Of a stretch of DNA of 64,000 nucleotides, positions 33,046 through 44,181 are shown one piece after another. This DNA comes from Candidatus Thiopontia autotrophica (GTDB lineage Bacteria > Pseudomonadota > Gammaproteobacteria > GCF-002020875): positions 17,018 through 81,017 of the forward strand of contig JACNFK010000024.1 in NCBI GenBank assembly GCA_014384675.1, given 5' to 3'. The stretch's first letter is position 1; each line of letters starts with the position of its first letter. The notes under the pieces are model-generated. The model saw nothing but the letters and a program-made list of their open reading frames with translations. It was not told the origin of the DNA and searched no databases. Both the position numbers and the translations under genes were made by a program.

Positions 33046-35415
33046 TTATTTAGCTTGCACAACCGCACCGTGTTGTTCCAGGTAGGTTTTGGCGCGCAGA
33101 CCAATGTCCGCAGCCTTCACCTGGTACTGCCACCACTGACCAGCCTGCAGAGTTGCATTCTGGAAGTCGTTGGCAGCTGCAGATTCCTCTGCCTTTTTCT
33201 GCCATGCTGCAGCAAAGCCCAACTGATCAACGGCATCCTCAACCAGTGCAGTTACTGGTGCGAAGTCCTTGAAGTTGGTGCTGGTGATATAACCTACAAC
33301 ACTGTCGATAATGGCTTGCGTATCCAGATTGGTCTGGTACTGCTTGTCATAGTCTGCCTTGTTATAGGTTGTACCATCAACAATCTCACCCTCTACAGCC
33401 TTGTAGCCTTTGGGTTTGACCAGCAGATAGCCTTCCATCTCAAGGTGGAGTGCTGAACAGAACTCAGTACAGTAGTAGGGGAATACGCCCTCTGTGTCTG
33501 CCATGAATGTTGCAGATACAGTCTTTCCTGGTTCCAGTGAGAGGTTTACATTGGTGCCGTTGATTGCGAAACCGTGGGTCTCATCCTCAGCACGCTCCAG
33601 GTTGGTAAGGTGAATAATTACCTTGTCACCAACCTCGGCCTCAATGGTCTCTGGAGTGATATGTGAACGGATCACAGTACCAAATACCTCAACAGTACAG
33701 TTGTCACCATCACAGGTGCGAGATGTCTTCTCACGACCAGCACGGGTCTTGTAAGGAGAGCGCTTGTCGGAGCGGCTATCCCAACCAGACTTGTAGCGGA
33801 TAGCTGGCTTAAGCTTGTCTGCCTTAATCGCAACCGCGTAGTGCGGTTCGCCCAGTGGTATAGGCATATCATAGAGCAGCTCCATCTTGTCGCCACTGAT
33901 ATCGATCAGCTGGTGGTTCTGTGGATGGAGTGGGCCGACAGGATTGAATCGGTCAATCGCCAGCTTGTCCAGTGCTACCAGATACTTGCCGTCTGGAGAT
34001 GCAGAGTCACCCTCCATAGTCATCAGATGGCCAATATTGTAGTGAATGGAGAGCTTGTCCAGAATCTCACCAGTACAGTAGTTCCACTTGGTGACCTGAG
34101 AGTCTACGTAGATAGAGGTGTAGACAGTACAGTCTTTGGAGTCATACTGCGTATGCAGTGGCCCAAGACCAACCTGTACCTGTCTTTCCAAAGCATCTTC
34201 CAGAGAGACAATGGGGATACCATAGTCATCACGAGCCTCATATTTACCGGCACTGTGTGCAGCCATCATCTTCGCGAAGCTGTATACATATGCGTGGCTA
34301 TCCAGCTTGCCGGATACGATCATGAACTTGCCGTCAGGAGAGACGTCAACACCATGAGGACTCTTTGGTTCAGGAACCAGGAATAGAGCATTGTTCTCAA
34401 CCATGGTCTCCATGGAGAGCACATCCATGCCATTCACTGATTTACCCTTGCCGGCCTTGTAGAGCTCTACTGCCTTCTTCCAGTTAACTGCATGGAGGAA
34501 GTCAGTATCCTTCTGCGAACAGCCTGCCTCATAAGGAGGACGCCCCTTCTCGATACCGCCTACGTAGCGCTCGGAACAGAATGAGTTGGTGAAGGACCAG
34601 CCATCACTACCAAACTTGCCGAAGTCGGAGAGGTCCTGACTGTATGGAGGCATCTCAACTGTAAATGATTGAGATGGATCAAGGCGACCTATCTCACGGT
34701 TGAATTTCCAGTAGGTAACACCGCCACGATAGCGGTCATTGAACTGCTCCAGAGGTACATACTCATCCTCAAATGGTGCAGGGTACTGGGCTGCCTCAAT
34801 TACATAGTCAGTATTTGGAGTTACAAATGCACCACCATGCTCATTATTAAAGTGTGGGTTGACTACAATCTGTTTGGTTTCGAAATCATGTAGATCAACT
34901 ACCGCCAGACGAGGGTTGTTCTTGTCATTAATGAATAGATACTGTCCATCATACTCAGCGTTGGTTTCGGAGATCGCTGGATGGTGGGTATCACCAAAGT
35001 TGATATCCTTACCGTTGATTCTTCCTTGAGCCAGGACTGCCTTGGACTCATCATCAAAGCCGTAACCCTGCCACGGCTCTGGGGTGAATACCGCAACGTA
35101 TTTGAGAATACGCATTGAGGGAATTCCGTAGACAATTAACTGACCACTTTGACCACCAGAACTGAAGGCGAGATACTCATCACGACCTCCAGAAGGGGTG
35201 TAGGTTTTTGCTGCCGCCAATAGATCCTTTTGTGTAAGGCCACGGGCCTCCATCACATCGTCCAGCGCGGATGACCACGCTGCACTTCCGGTTCCGAGCG
35301 ACATTCCGATGGCCATTGCCATTGTGAGTGTCTTTTTAAACATAAGTTGTTGACTCCTGATTGTTTTTTTATCGCCTCGATCTCCTGGGAGAGAAATCTG
35401 GGCGCATGATTTCAA
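33046..35415 (-). CDS. nosZ: Nitrous-oxide reductase NosZ, clade-II-like with a Sec signal (likely start MFKKTL near 35343) and a ~120 aa haem-free C-terminal extension
   Basis: Seven-bladed propeller region. CuA site HGF..CTEFCSALHLEMEG. Signal peptide without RR. Accessory genes nosB/G/H/C are present. Confidence 0.9.
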   Translation of the reverse strand: MKSCAQISLPGDRGDKKTIRSQQLMFKKTLTMAMAIGMSLGTGSAAWSSALDDVMEARGLTQKDLLAAAKTYTPSGGRDEYLAFSSGGQSGQLIVYGIPSMRILKYVAVFTPEPWQGYGFDDESKAVLAQGRINGKDINFGDTHHPAISETNAEYDGQYLFINDKNNPRLAVVDLHDFETKQIVVNPHFNNEHGGAFVTPNTDYVIEAAQYPAPFEDEYVPLEQFNDRYRGGVTYWKFNREIGRLDPSQSFTVEMPPYSQDLSDFGKFGSDGWSFTNSFCSERYVGGIEKGRPPYEAGCSQKDTDFLHAVNWKKAVELYKAGKGKSVNGMDVLSMETMVENNALFLVPEPKSPHGVDVSPDGKFMIVSGKLDSHAYVYSFAKMMAAHSAGKYEARDDYGIPIVSLEDALERQVQVGLGPLHTQYDSKDCTVYTSIYVDSQVTKWNYCTGEILDKLSIHYNIGHLMTMEGDSASPDGKYLVALDKLAIDRFNPVGPLHPQNHQLIDISGDKMELLYDMPIPLGEPHYAVAIKADKLKPAIRYKSGWDSRSDKRSPYKTRAGREKTSRTCDGDNCTVEVFGTVIRSHITPETIEAEVGDKVIIHLTNLERAEDETHGFAINGTNVNLSLEPGKTVSATFMADTEGVFPYYCTEFCSALHLEMEGYLLVKPKGYKAVEGEIVDGTTYNKADYDKQYQTNLDTQAIIDSVVGYITSTNFKDFAPVTALVEDAVDQLGFAAAWQKKAEESAAANDFQNATLQAGQWWQYQVKAADIGLRAKTYLEQHGAVVQAK

Positions 35416-35468
35416 AACTAAGTTGAACTTAGTACCCGTGAGAGTAATACATTAGAGCACCAACTCAC

Positions 35469-35482
35469 TTTGACCTAGATCA
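35469..35482. promoter_or_regulatory. FNR/Dnr-like box TTGAC-CTAG-ATCAA upstream of nosZ
   Basis: 13 of 14 positions match the consensus. Centre is 60 bp before the annotated nosZ ATG and 132 bp before the internal Met. Confidence 0.55.
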
Positions 35483-35613
35483 ATTTGGTTGTTTAATATA
35501 GCCTGAACACAGCATTACACCATTCTGTTACGGAGTGTTTATGTTGCAGGATTCAACCGTTCAGTTATAGTTGGTCGCTACAGCTTTAAAAACCACCGAC
35601 GGAGAGAACAATA

Positions 35614-36006
35614 ATGAAAAAAGTGATTGGAGCAATTTTGTTGGCAGGCAGCTTTGGTGCCTATGCTGATACCCAGTTGAGTTGTGATCTGGACGAGATT
35701 GATAGCTATTCAGGCGAGGTGACTCATAATGCTGATGTCAAGGTCTCGGTACCTGACAACCATTTCCGTGACAAGCGTGTCAGTGAACATGATGAGGATT
35801 ATGTCATTTATGAGGAGTGGGTAATCAACCCGCAGGCCTCGATCTACCGTCTCAGAGGCAAACTGGATGGTGAATTGGTCACTCTGGAGAAAAGCATGAT
35901 TGAGGCAGGTACAGGGATTGTGCGCGGAGAGATTCGCCACAAGGAGCTGGGTAGTCGTCCAAGAAAGAACACTACCTATGAGGGACGTTGTTATCTGGAT
36001 GAGTAG
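35614..36006 (+). CDS. Hypothetical secreted protein
   Basis: Signal peptide ending AYA-DT, 130 aa, no recognisable motifs. Confidence 0.4.
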   Translation: MKKVIGAILLAGSFGAYADTQLSCDLDEIDSYSGEVTHNADVKVSVPDNHFRDKRVSEHDEDYVIYEEWVINPQASIYRLRGKLDGELVTLEKSMIEAGTGIVRGEIRHKELGSRPRKNTTYEGRCYLDE

Positions 36007-36028
36007 TGTTTAGGAAATATATTGACCC

Positions 36029-36060
36029 AAAAAAGCCGTTACGTGTAACGGCTTTTTTTA
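36029..36060. terminator. Bidirectional rho-independent terminator between the 35614 ORF and purT
   Basis: AAAAA-gccgttac..gtaacggc-TTTTTTT. Confidence 0.65.
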
Positions 36061-36075
36061 TGTGTCTGGTTGTTA

Positions 36076-37260
36076 TTACTGGGTTTTTATAACAATGGAA
36101 GAGGCTGCACGGTTGGCCTTTTCCCGTGCCTGGTCTGTGGATTTGTCACGTGATAGCACAACCCCCATTCTGCGTCGCCCACTTACCTCAGGCTTGCCAA
36201 ACAGTCTGAGTTGAGTGTCAGATTCAGCCATGGAAGATTCAATGCACTGGTAGCAGATCTCGTCTGATTCACCCTCTACAAGCAGGACGCTTGATGCAGA
36301 TGGTCCATGTTGATGAATGTTCGGTATGGGAAGCCCAAGGATCGCACGGGCATGGAGAGCAAACTCGGAGAGGTCTTGTGAGATAAGGGTAACCAGACCG
36401 GTATCGTGGGGGCGGGGAGAGACCTCACTGAATATTACCTGGCCCCCCTTTATGAATAGCTCAACCCCAAACAGGCCACGTCCACCCAGTGCATCAGTAA
36501 CCTTTTTTGCCATCTCTTCGGCAGCTGCCAGGGCATCAGGGGTCATTTGTTGTGGCTGCCATGACTCTCTATAATCTCCATCTTCCTGGCGGTGACCTAT
36601 TGGTTGGCAATATGAGGTGCCATCATTGTGACGAATAGTCAGCATGGTTATCTCGTAATCAAAATCGACAAATCCCTCAATTATGATTCGCCCAGCACCA
36701 GTACGACCTCCCTCTTGAGAGTAGTTCCAGGATGACTCTATATCATCCTCACACCTAACTGTGCTCTGCCCCTTGCCGGATGATGACATGATTGGTTTGA
36801 CAACGCAGGGTATTCCGATATCTCTGATTGCCTCCAGATACTCCTCTCTGCTCTCTGCAAAACGGTATGGGGATGTCTCTATTCCTAGCTCTTCGGCGGC
36901 TAGACGACGAATTCCCTCCCGGTTCATGGTCAGTTGTGCGGCCCGGGCAGTTGGTATTACGGTAAAGCCCTCATGTTCAAGCTCAACCAGGGTATCAGTT
37001 GCTATTGCCTCGATCTCGGGGACAATAAGATCTGGTTTCTCCTGCTCAACAACCTCTCGTAGAGCTGAGCCATCTAGCATGGAGATAACATGGGAGCGGT
37101 GGGCGACCTGCATTGCCGGTGCGTTTGGATAGCGGTCAACAGCGATAACCTCAACCCCAAGGCGTTGCAGCTCTATGGCTACCTCCTTGCCAAGTTCGCC
37201 ACTTCCACAAAGCAGGACACGGGTTGATGTAGATGAGAGCGGGGTTCCAATAGTAGTCAT
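36076..37260 (-). CDS. purT: Formate-dependent phosphoribosylglycinamide formyltransferase (ATP-grasp)
   Basis: N-terminal [14 protein letters not shown] and ATP-grasp motifs, 394 aa. Confidence 0.85.
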   Translation of the reverse strand: MTTIGTPLSSTSTRVLLCGSGELGKEVAIELQRLGVEVIAVDRYPNAPAMQVAHRSHVISMLDGSALREVVEQEKPDLIVPEIEAIATDTLVELEHEGFTVIPTARAAQLTMNREGIRRLAAEELGIETSPYRFAESREEYLEAIRDIGIPCVVKPIMSSSGKGQSTVRCEDDIESSWNYSQEGGRTGAGRIIIEGFVDFDYEITMLTIRHNDGTSYCQPIGHRQEDGDYRESWQPQQMTPDALAAAEEMAKKVTDALGGRGLFGVELFIKGGQVIFSEVSPRPHDTGLVTLISQDLSEFALHARAILGLPIPNIHQHGPSASSVLLVEGESDEICYQCIESSMAESDTQLRLFGKPEVSGRRRMGVVLSRDKSTDQAREKANRAASSIVIKTQ

Positions 37261-37305
37261 GATTGCAATAATACCATCTACCCAAACCTCGGTTCAGAGG
37301 ATAGA

Positions 37306-38094
37306 ATGCTCCGCATTCAATTTTTATGGAGAAGAGATATGTTTAGAACGGTAGCAGCATCAATTTTGGTTCTGGCAATGGCTGGGTGTTCCGACAGTGG
37401 TAATGCTGTAGAAGAGATTGCAGTCTCCCCAGGGTTTGAGATGACGACGCTAAAGGATGGTAGCGGAGCAGGCGCCAAGCCTGGTGATATTGTCTCTGTT
37501 CACTATACAGGAACCCTGACTGACGGCACCAAATTTGACTCCAGTCATGATCGTAACGAGCCTTTCAGCTTTACTCTGGGTGCTGGAAATGTGATCAAAG
37601 GGTGGGATCATGGTGTCAAGGGGATGAAGCGCGGAGAGCAGCGCAAGCTGGTGATTCCGCCAGAGATGGGGTATGGCAGCCGTTCAATGGGGCCAATTCC
37701 TGCGAGTTCTACCCTGCTGTTTGATGTGGAGCTGATAGATATCCTGAGCTATACAGATATCAACAATGAAGAGTTACAGACGTTGTTGAAAGAGGACGAT
37801 ATTGTGCTGGTAGATATCCGCCGACCAGAGGAGTGGAAAAAGACAGGTATTGTCGAGGAGTCAGAAATGATTACAGCCTTTACCAAACGCGGCAGTCTCC
37901 ATCCTGAGTTTAACGAGAAATTCCTGAAACGCTTCAAGGCAGATGATCGAGTCATCATTATCTGCCGTACCGGAAACAGGACAGCTCGTCTGGCTCAGGC
38001 TTTGGTAGGGGAGATGGGTTGGAAGAATGTATATAATGTAAAGAGAGGTATTACTGACTGGATCAAGAAGGGGTATCCAGTAGTAAAACCATAG
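37306..38094 (+). CDS. Lipoprotein fusion of an FKBP-type peptidyl-prolyl isomerase with a rhodanese domain
   Basis: Lipobox [12 protein letters not shown] motifs ([26 protein letters not shown]). The C-terminal rhodanese has active-site CRTGNR. Confidence 0.8.
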   Translation: MLRIQFLWRRDMFRTVAASILVLAMAGCSDSGNAVEEIAVSPGFEMTTLKDGSGAGAKPGDIVSVHYTGTLTDGTKFDSSHDRNEPFSFTLGAGNVIKGWDHGVKGMKRGEQRKLVIPPEMGYGSRSMGPIPASSTLLFDVELIDILSYTDINNEELQTLLKEDDIVLVDIRRPEEWKKTGIVEESEMITAFTKRGSLHPEFNEKFLKRFKADDRVIIICRTGNRTARLAQALVGEMGWKNVYNVKRGITDWIKKGYPVVKP

Positions 38095-38135
38095 AGTGTT
38101 ATAGCCTGTAGAAACAATAATTAAGGAGAGTAATT

Positions 38136-38705
38136 ATGAAGAGAACAATTTCAGCAACACTGGTTGCAGGCATGCTTACTATGCCGTTGGCCGCATCAGC
38201 AGACAGAACCGATCAGTATGTAAATGAGAGTCGTGCTGCCGTTAAGTCACTATTCAAGACTCTGAAGGGTAATCTTGTCGGAGCGATGAAAGCTGGTGGA
38301 CCAATCAAGGCTATTGAGGCCTGTAACCTCAGTGCCCAGCCATTGACTGTGGCGGAGGCAGGGCGCCTCGGTTACGATATTGGCAGAACCAGTCTGCGTC
38401 TGCGTAACCCTGTTAATGAGGCGGATGCGTGGGAGATCAAGGTGCTGCAGCAATTTGAGGCTCGCAAGTCTGCTGGTGAAGACCTCAAGAAGATGGATTA
38501 CTACGAGGTTGTTGATAGTGGTGGTGGCAAGACATTCCGTTACATGAAGGCTATTCCCGCGGGTAAGCCATGCATGGTATGTCATGGCGATATGGTTGCA
38601 CCGAAGGTTCTGGAGAAGATTCGTAGCCACTATCCACTTGATCAGGCAACCGGCTTTAAACCAGGAGACCTGAGAGGGGCGTTTACTATCTCAAGAAAGA
38701 TGTAA
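38136..38705 (+). CDS. Periplasmic monohaem c-type cytochrome (DUF3365/Tll0287-like)
   Basis: Signal peptide and a single CMVCHG near the C-terminus. Confidence 0.55.
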   Translation: MKRTISATLVAGMLTMPLAASADRTDQYVNESRAAVKSLFKTLKGNLVGAMKAGGPIKAIEACNLSAQPLTVAEAGRLGYDIGRTSLRLRNPVNEADAWEIKVLQQFEARKSAGEDLKKMDYYEVVDSGGGKTFRYMKAIPAGKPCMVCHGDMVAPKVLEKIRSHYPLDQATGFKPGDLRGAFTISRKM

Positions 38706-38766
38706 TTCAGGAGAGAGAAAAACAGTGTATTTTTTGGTCTGAGCGTATAAAATGCGCCACACTTTT

Positions 38767-38851
<85 letters not shown>

Positions 38852-38861
38852 TATATAAAAA

Positions 38862-38895
38862 AGGGGCAACCACTGTTGGTTGCCCCTTTTTATTT
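38862..38895 (+). terminator. Rho-independent terminator after tRNA-Leu
   Basis: ggggcaacca..tggttgcccc followed by TTTTTATTT. Confidence 0.65.
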
Positions 38896-38924
38896 CTACC
38901 GGCTGTGAGCCTGTCAGGTTGTAG

Positions 38925-39464
38925 TTACTCTGTTGTAGCGTCACCTGTTGTTGCTGTCTCGGCAGAACTATCAGCCTCCTCACCCTTCGGCCTTCTTGGG
39001 TAGCGATCAGTCAGATCCGCTGCAGGTGGTTGCTGAGGAGCACTCCAGCCCTGTTGCGGACCATACCCATAAGGTTGTTGCTGACCCCATCCTCTGTTGC
39101 CTCCCCAGGGCATGCCGCCCCAGCCTCCATTGTTTCCACCACCCCAGGGCATTCCACCCCAGCCGCCACGGTCACCGCCTCCCCAAGGCATGCCACCACC
39201 ACGGCCACCCCACGGGCTGCCCCCGCCCCAGCCAGGCTGTGATCCCCAGGGGGTCTGCCATCCGCTTGGACCCCACTGCTTCATATCTTGCCCCCAATAC
39301 TCTTTTTTCCATTCGCGAGCCTCAGGCGGGCCATCCCACTTGTCCCATCCGCCCCATTTGTCCATCTTCCAGTCCTCGGGATCGACAAAGGCATTTGCGC
39401 TGGTGGTAAAACTGGCAACTGCTGCAAGCAGAAGTGCGGTTGTGAGTTTGTTGGTTTTTTTCAT
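38925..39464 (-). CDS. Secreted Gly/Trp/Pro-rich low-complexity repeat protein (GGMPWGG repeats); a possible sulfur-globule-type structural protein
   Basis: Signal peptide ending ANA-FV. Repeats GGMPWGGG(N/D)xGGWGGMPWGG. An acidic Thr-rich C-terminus. Confidence 0.55.
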   Translation of the reverse strand: MKKTNKLTTALLLAAVASFTTSANAFVDPEDWKMDKWGGWDKWDGPPEAREWKKEYWGQDMKQWGPSGWQTPWGSQPGWGGGSPWGGRGGGMPWGGGDRGGWGGMPWGGGNNGGWGGMPWGGNRGWGQQQPYGYGPQQGWSAPQQPPAADLTDRYPRRPKGEEADSSAETATTGDATTE

Positions 39465-39533
39465 GGCAGGCTCCTCAGTTTATTGTTCTGTTATTTGACA
39501 GAAGCTACCACCATGCGGGGTTTAATACAAATT

Positions 39534-39620
39534 TGGTACCGAGGGGGGGACTTGAACCCCCAAGACATTGCTGCCGGCGGATTTTGAATCCGCTGCGTCT
39601 ACCAATTCCGCCACCTCGGC
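39534..39620 (-). tRNA. tRNA-Leu (anticodon CAA)
   Basis: The reverse complement folds as a type II tRNA. Anticodon loop gcgga-TTCAAAA-tccgc. CCA end present. Confidence 0.85.
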
Positions 39621-39715
39621 ATTGAGGGTGCGGATTATAGGCGCAGTGTGTTGATGATACAACGGGATTATTGACAATGAATGGTTGCACTGTACAATGC
39701 CCATTCGACTTTACA

Positions 39716-39791
39716 GGCGCGTAACTCAGTTGGTTAGAGTGTCACCTTGACATGGTGGAAGTCGGTGGTTCGAATCCACTCGCGCCTACCA
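39716..39791 (+). tRNA. tRNA-Val (anticodon GAC)
   Basis: 76 nt. GGCGCGT acceptor stem, anticodon loop TTGACAT, T-loop GGTTCGAAT, CCA end. Confidence 0.85.
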
Positions 39792-39832
39792 AATTTTTTA
39801 AGATTTTTTATTATTAACATGCGGCCTTTGGT

Positions 39833-41770
39833 GTGGGTCGCCACTGGAGATTGATAATGCCTTTGATTACCCTGCCCGACGGCTCCCAACGTAGTTTTGA
39901 CCAAGCAGTTACTGTTTTTGATGTTGCCTCTGATATTGGCCCGGGCCTTGCAAAAGCCGCCCTGGCCGGAAAGATTGGGGATCAATTGGTCGATACCTCT
40001 TATCTTATTGAAGAGGATGTCTCTCTCTCCCTGATTACCAGTAGAGATGAGGAGGGGGTGGAGATTATTCGTCACTCCACAGCACATCTTCTGGCGCAGG
40101 CAGTTAAAGAGATTTTTCCAGAGACCCAGATCACTATTGGTCCAGTGGTAGAGAACGGCTTCTACTACGATTTTGCTCGTGATGAGAAGTTTACCCCGGA
40201 TGATTTCAAGATCATCGAGAAGAAGATGGCTGAGCTGGCGAAGCAGAATATAAAGATAGAGCGTTCCGAGATGGGGCGTGATGAGGCGGTAGCTTTTTTT
40301 GAGGAGCAGGGGGAGGCCTACAAGGCTGAGATCATTCGGGATATCCCGGCTGATCAGACCCTCTCGCTCTACCGTCAGGGGGATTTTATCGACCTCTGTC
40401 GTGGTCCCCATGCCCCCTCTACTGGACATCTCAAGGGCGGCTTCAAGTTGATGAAGCTGGCCGGCGCCTACTGGCGTGGTGACTCCAGCAATGAGATGTT
40501 GCAGCGCATCTACGGTACCGCCTTTCCAGACAAGAAGCAGCTCAAGCAGTATCTGCATCGGCTGGAGGAGGCAGAGAAGCGTGATCACCGCAAGATTGGC
40601 AAGAAGCTCGATCTATTCCATAGCCAGGAGGAGGCGCCAGGGATGGTCTTCTGGCACAGCAAGGGGTGGTCGATCTATCGTGAGGTGGAGGAGTATGTGC
40701 GTGAGAAGCTGCGCCACCACGGGTATCAGGAGGTCCATACCCCGCAGGTGATTGATCGGGTGTTGTGGGAGAAGTCGGGCCACTGGGACAAGTTTGGTGA
40801 CATGATCTTCACTACCCACTCCGAGAATCGTGACTATGCAATCAAGCCGATGAACTGTCCTGGCCATGTGCAGATCTACAATCAGGGGCTACGCAGTTAT
40901 CGTGACCTGCCGTTGCGAATGGCAGAGTTTGGCTCCTGTCATCGCAATGAGCCATCAGGCACCCTGCATGGGTTGATGCGAGTTCGCAACTTTACCCAGG
41001 ATGATGCCCATATCTTCTGTACAGAAGATCAGATTCAGTCTGAGGTGGCGGCCTTTATGGATCTGCTGTTTGAGGTCTATGAGGACTTTGGCTTCAAGGA
41101 GGTATTGATCAAGCTCTCCACCCGCCCAGAGAAGAGGGTTGGTAGTGATAAGGTGTGGGATCAGGCCGAGCAGGCACTAGAGACTGCGCTCAATACCAAG
41201 GGGCTGGATTGGGAACTGCAGCCAGGTGAGGGGGCATTCTACGGCCCAAAGATCGAATTTTCGCTCAAGGATTGTATTGGTAGGGTCTGGCAGTGCGGCA
41301 CCATTCAGGTTGATTTCTCAATGCCTGGCCGACTGGATGCCACCTATATTGATGAGCATGGTGAGAAGAAGAGTCCGGTCATGTTGCACCGTGCAATCCT
41401 CGGTTCGCTCGAGCGTTTTGTTGGAATTTTGATTGAGGAGTACGCAGGCTCGATGCCGGTATGGTTATCCCCACTGCAGGCTGTTGTGGTCAATATTACG
41501 GATCATCAGCGCGAAACTGCGGAAAATGTGGCAAAACAGTTGAATAATGCAGGGTTTAGGGTCGAATCGGACTTGAGAAACGAGAAGATAGGACTTAAAA
41601 TTCGCGAGCATTCCATGCAACGTCTCCCCTATATCTTGGTGATTGGGGATCGTGAGATGAAAGAGGGTGCTGTCGCAGTCCGTGCCAGAGGTGGTGAAGA
41701 CCTCGGTACACTATCTATTGAGGCGTTTATTGAGCGTCTGAGAGAGGATGTGGAGAGACGCAAACAGTAG
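39833..41770 (+). CDS. thrS: Threonyl-tRNA synthetase (likely start 39857, MPLITLPDG)
   Basis: TGS and editing domains, class II core and anticodon-binding domain. Conserved thrS-infC-rpmI-rplT order. Confidence 0.95.
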   Translation: MGRHWRLIMPLITLPDGSQRSFDQAVTVFDVASDIGPGLAKAALAGKIGDQLVDTSYLIEEDVSLSLITSRDEEGVEIIRHSTAHLLAQAVKEIFPETQITIGPVVENGFYYDFARDEKFTPDDFKIIEKKMAELAKQNIKIERSEMGRDEAVAFFEEQGEAYKAEIIRDIPADQTLSLYRQGDFIDLCRGPHAPSTGHLKGGFKLMKLAGAYWRGDSSNEMLQRIYGTAFPDKKQLKQYLHRLEEAEKRDHRKIGKKLDLFHSQEEAPGMVFWHSKGWSIYREVEEYVREKLRHHGYQEVHTPQVIDRVLWEKSGHWDKFGDMIFTTHSENRDYAIKPMNCPGHVQIYNQGLRSYRDLPLRMAEFGSCHRNEPSGTLHGLMRVRNFTQDDAHIFCTEDQIQSEVAAFMDLLFEVYEDFGFKEVLIKLSTRPEKRVGSDKVWDQAEQALETALNTKGLDWELQPGEGAFYGPKIEFSLKDCIGRVWQCGTIQVDFSMPGRLDATYIDEHGEKKSPVMLHRAILGSLERFVGILIEEYAGSMPVWLSPLQAVVVNITDHQRETAENVAKQLNNAGFRVESDLRNEKIGLKIREHSMQRLPYILVIGDREMKEGAVAVRARGGEDLGTLSIEAFIERLREDVERRKQ

Positions 41771-41854
41771 TTTTGTGTGCACAGCCCCATGGTTTTTATT
41801 TTTTGAACAGGAGAACTTGAGATCGCACTTCAGCCAAGAGGCCCTAGAGGCCGG

Positions 41855-42385
41855 ATGCCAGAGAAGGTAAGAGAGCATCGAATCAACGAGGAGATTACAA
41901 CATCCCAGTTGCGTGTATTTGGGGCAGACCAATCAGAGTCGGTTGTGGTTTCACGAAGTGAGGCGCTGGAGATGGCAGATGAGGCCGGACTGGATCTGGT
42001 TGAGATCTCACCAAAAGCGGAGCCGCCAGTCTGTCGAGTGATGGATTACGGCAAGTTCCTGTTTGAAGAGAGCAAGAAGAAGAACGCGGCCAAGAAGAAG
42101 CAGAAGAAGGTTCAGGTCAAGGAGATCAAGTTTCGCCCCGGTACTGGTGAAGGGGACTATCAGATTAAACTGAAAAATCTGATGAAGTTTCTAGGTCAGG
42201 GAAACAAGACAAAGATAACCATCCGTTATCGTGGTCGTGAGATGGCTCACCGTGAGCTTGGGATGGAGATGCTCAAGAGGATCGAAAAAGATCTGGAAGA
42301 GTATGGGAAGGTTGAGCAGTTTCCCAAGATGGAGGGGCGGCAGATGGTTATGGTGGTCGGCCCAATCTCCAAAAAGAAGAAGTAG
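41855..42385 (+). CDS. infC: Translation initiation factor IF-3 (true start probably a non-ATG codon upstream)
   Basis: IF-3 N- and C-domain sequence. Position after thrS. Confidence 0.9.
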   Translation: MPEKVREHRINEEITTSQLRVFGADQSESVVVSRSEALEMADEAGLDLVEISPKAEPPVCRVMDYGKFLFEESKKKNAAKKKQKKVQVKEIKFRPGTGEGDYQIKLKNLMKFLGQGNKTKITIRYRGREMAHRELGMEMLKRIEKDLEEYGKVEQFPKMEGRQMVMVVGPISKKKK

Positions 42386-42479
42386 ATACAGTTTATTTGG
42401 TCTCAGTCTGGTCAATGGCACACCGGCTGAGAATTTGAAACGAGAGCCTGGCTCTCACTATTAAGCAAGAGGTGAAAAG

Positions 42480-42677
42480 ATGCCAAAGATGAAGTCTAAG
42501 AGAGGCGCTTCCAAGCGCTTCAAGCGTACCGCGTCCGGCGGTTTCAAGCGTGGACAGGGTTTCCGTAGTCATATCCTGACAAAGAAATCGACCAAGCGTA
42601 AGCGTCAGCTACGTAGTCCATTAAGTGTTCATGAAAGCAATGCAGGTGCGGTAAAACGTATGCTGCCTTATAGCTAA
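42480..42677 (+). CDS. rpmI: 50S ribosomal protein L35
   Basis: [15 protein letters not shown]. Confidence 0.95.
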   Translation: MPKMKSKRGASKRFKRTASGGFKRGQGFRSHILTKKSTKRKRQLRSPLSVHESNAGAVKRMLPYS

Positions 42678-42692
42678 GCCGGGAGCAGAATT

Positions 42693-43046
42693 ATGCCAAG
42701 AGTAAAGAGAGGCGTTCAGGCACGTGCACGCCATAAGAAGGTTCTAAAGGAAGCGCGCGGTTATTATGGTGCCCGTAGTAGGGTCTACCGCGTTGCTAAG
42801 CAGGCGGTTACCAAGGCTGGGCAGTATGCCTACCGTGACCGTCGTCAGAAGAAGCGTCAGTTTCGTTCACTATGGATTGTTCGTATCAATGCGGAGGCTC
42901 GTAATAACGGGATCTCTTACAGTAATATGATCAATGGTCTCAGCAAGGCAGGGATCGAGGTCGACCGTAAGGTTTTGGCTGACCTGGCTGTTCATGACAA
43001 GGCAGCATTTGCGGCAATTGCGGAACAGGCAAAAGCTGCACTTTAA
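42693..43046 (+). CDS. rplT: 50S ribosomal protein L20
   Basis: [16 protein letters not shown]. Confidence 0.95.
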   Translation: MPRVKRGVQARARHKKVLKEARGYYGARSRVYRVAKQAVTKAGQYAYRDRRQKKRQFRSLWIVRINAEARNNGISYSNMINGLSKAGIEVDRKVLADLAVHDKAAFAAIAEQAKAAL

Positions 43047-43121
43047 AAAACGGTGTTGAACACCATAAAAAGGGGTGACAGTCTTTTGCAGAAAAGATTG
43101 CCGCCCCTTTTTTATTTCTGA

Positions 43122-44153
<1,032 letters not shown>

Positions 44154-44181
44154 AAACATATAACAACATATTGTATAAATT

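Noticed and set aside
39011-39498. Pro-rich plus-strand ORFs (e.g. 39097..39498, MPPQGMPPQPPLFPPPQG…) that look like a proline-rich protein
   Set aside because: They are the antisense reading of the Gly/Trp-repeat gene at 38925..39464 (GGN/CCA codon repeats mirror to Pro codons). The minus-strand ORF has the signal peptide and a sensible start and stop.
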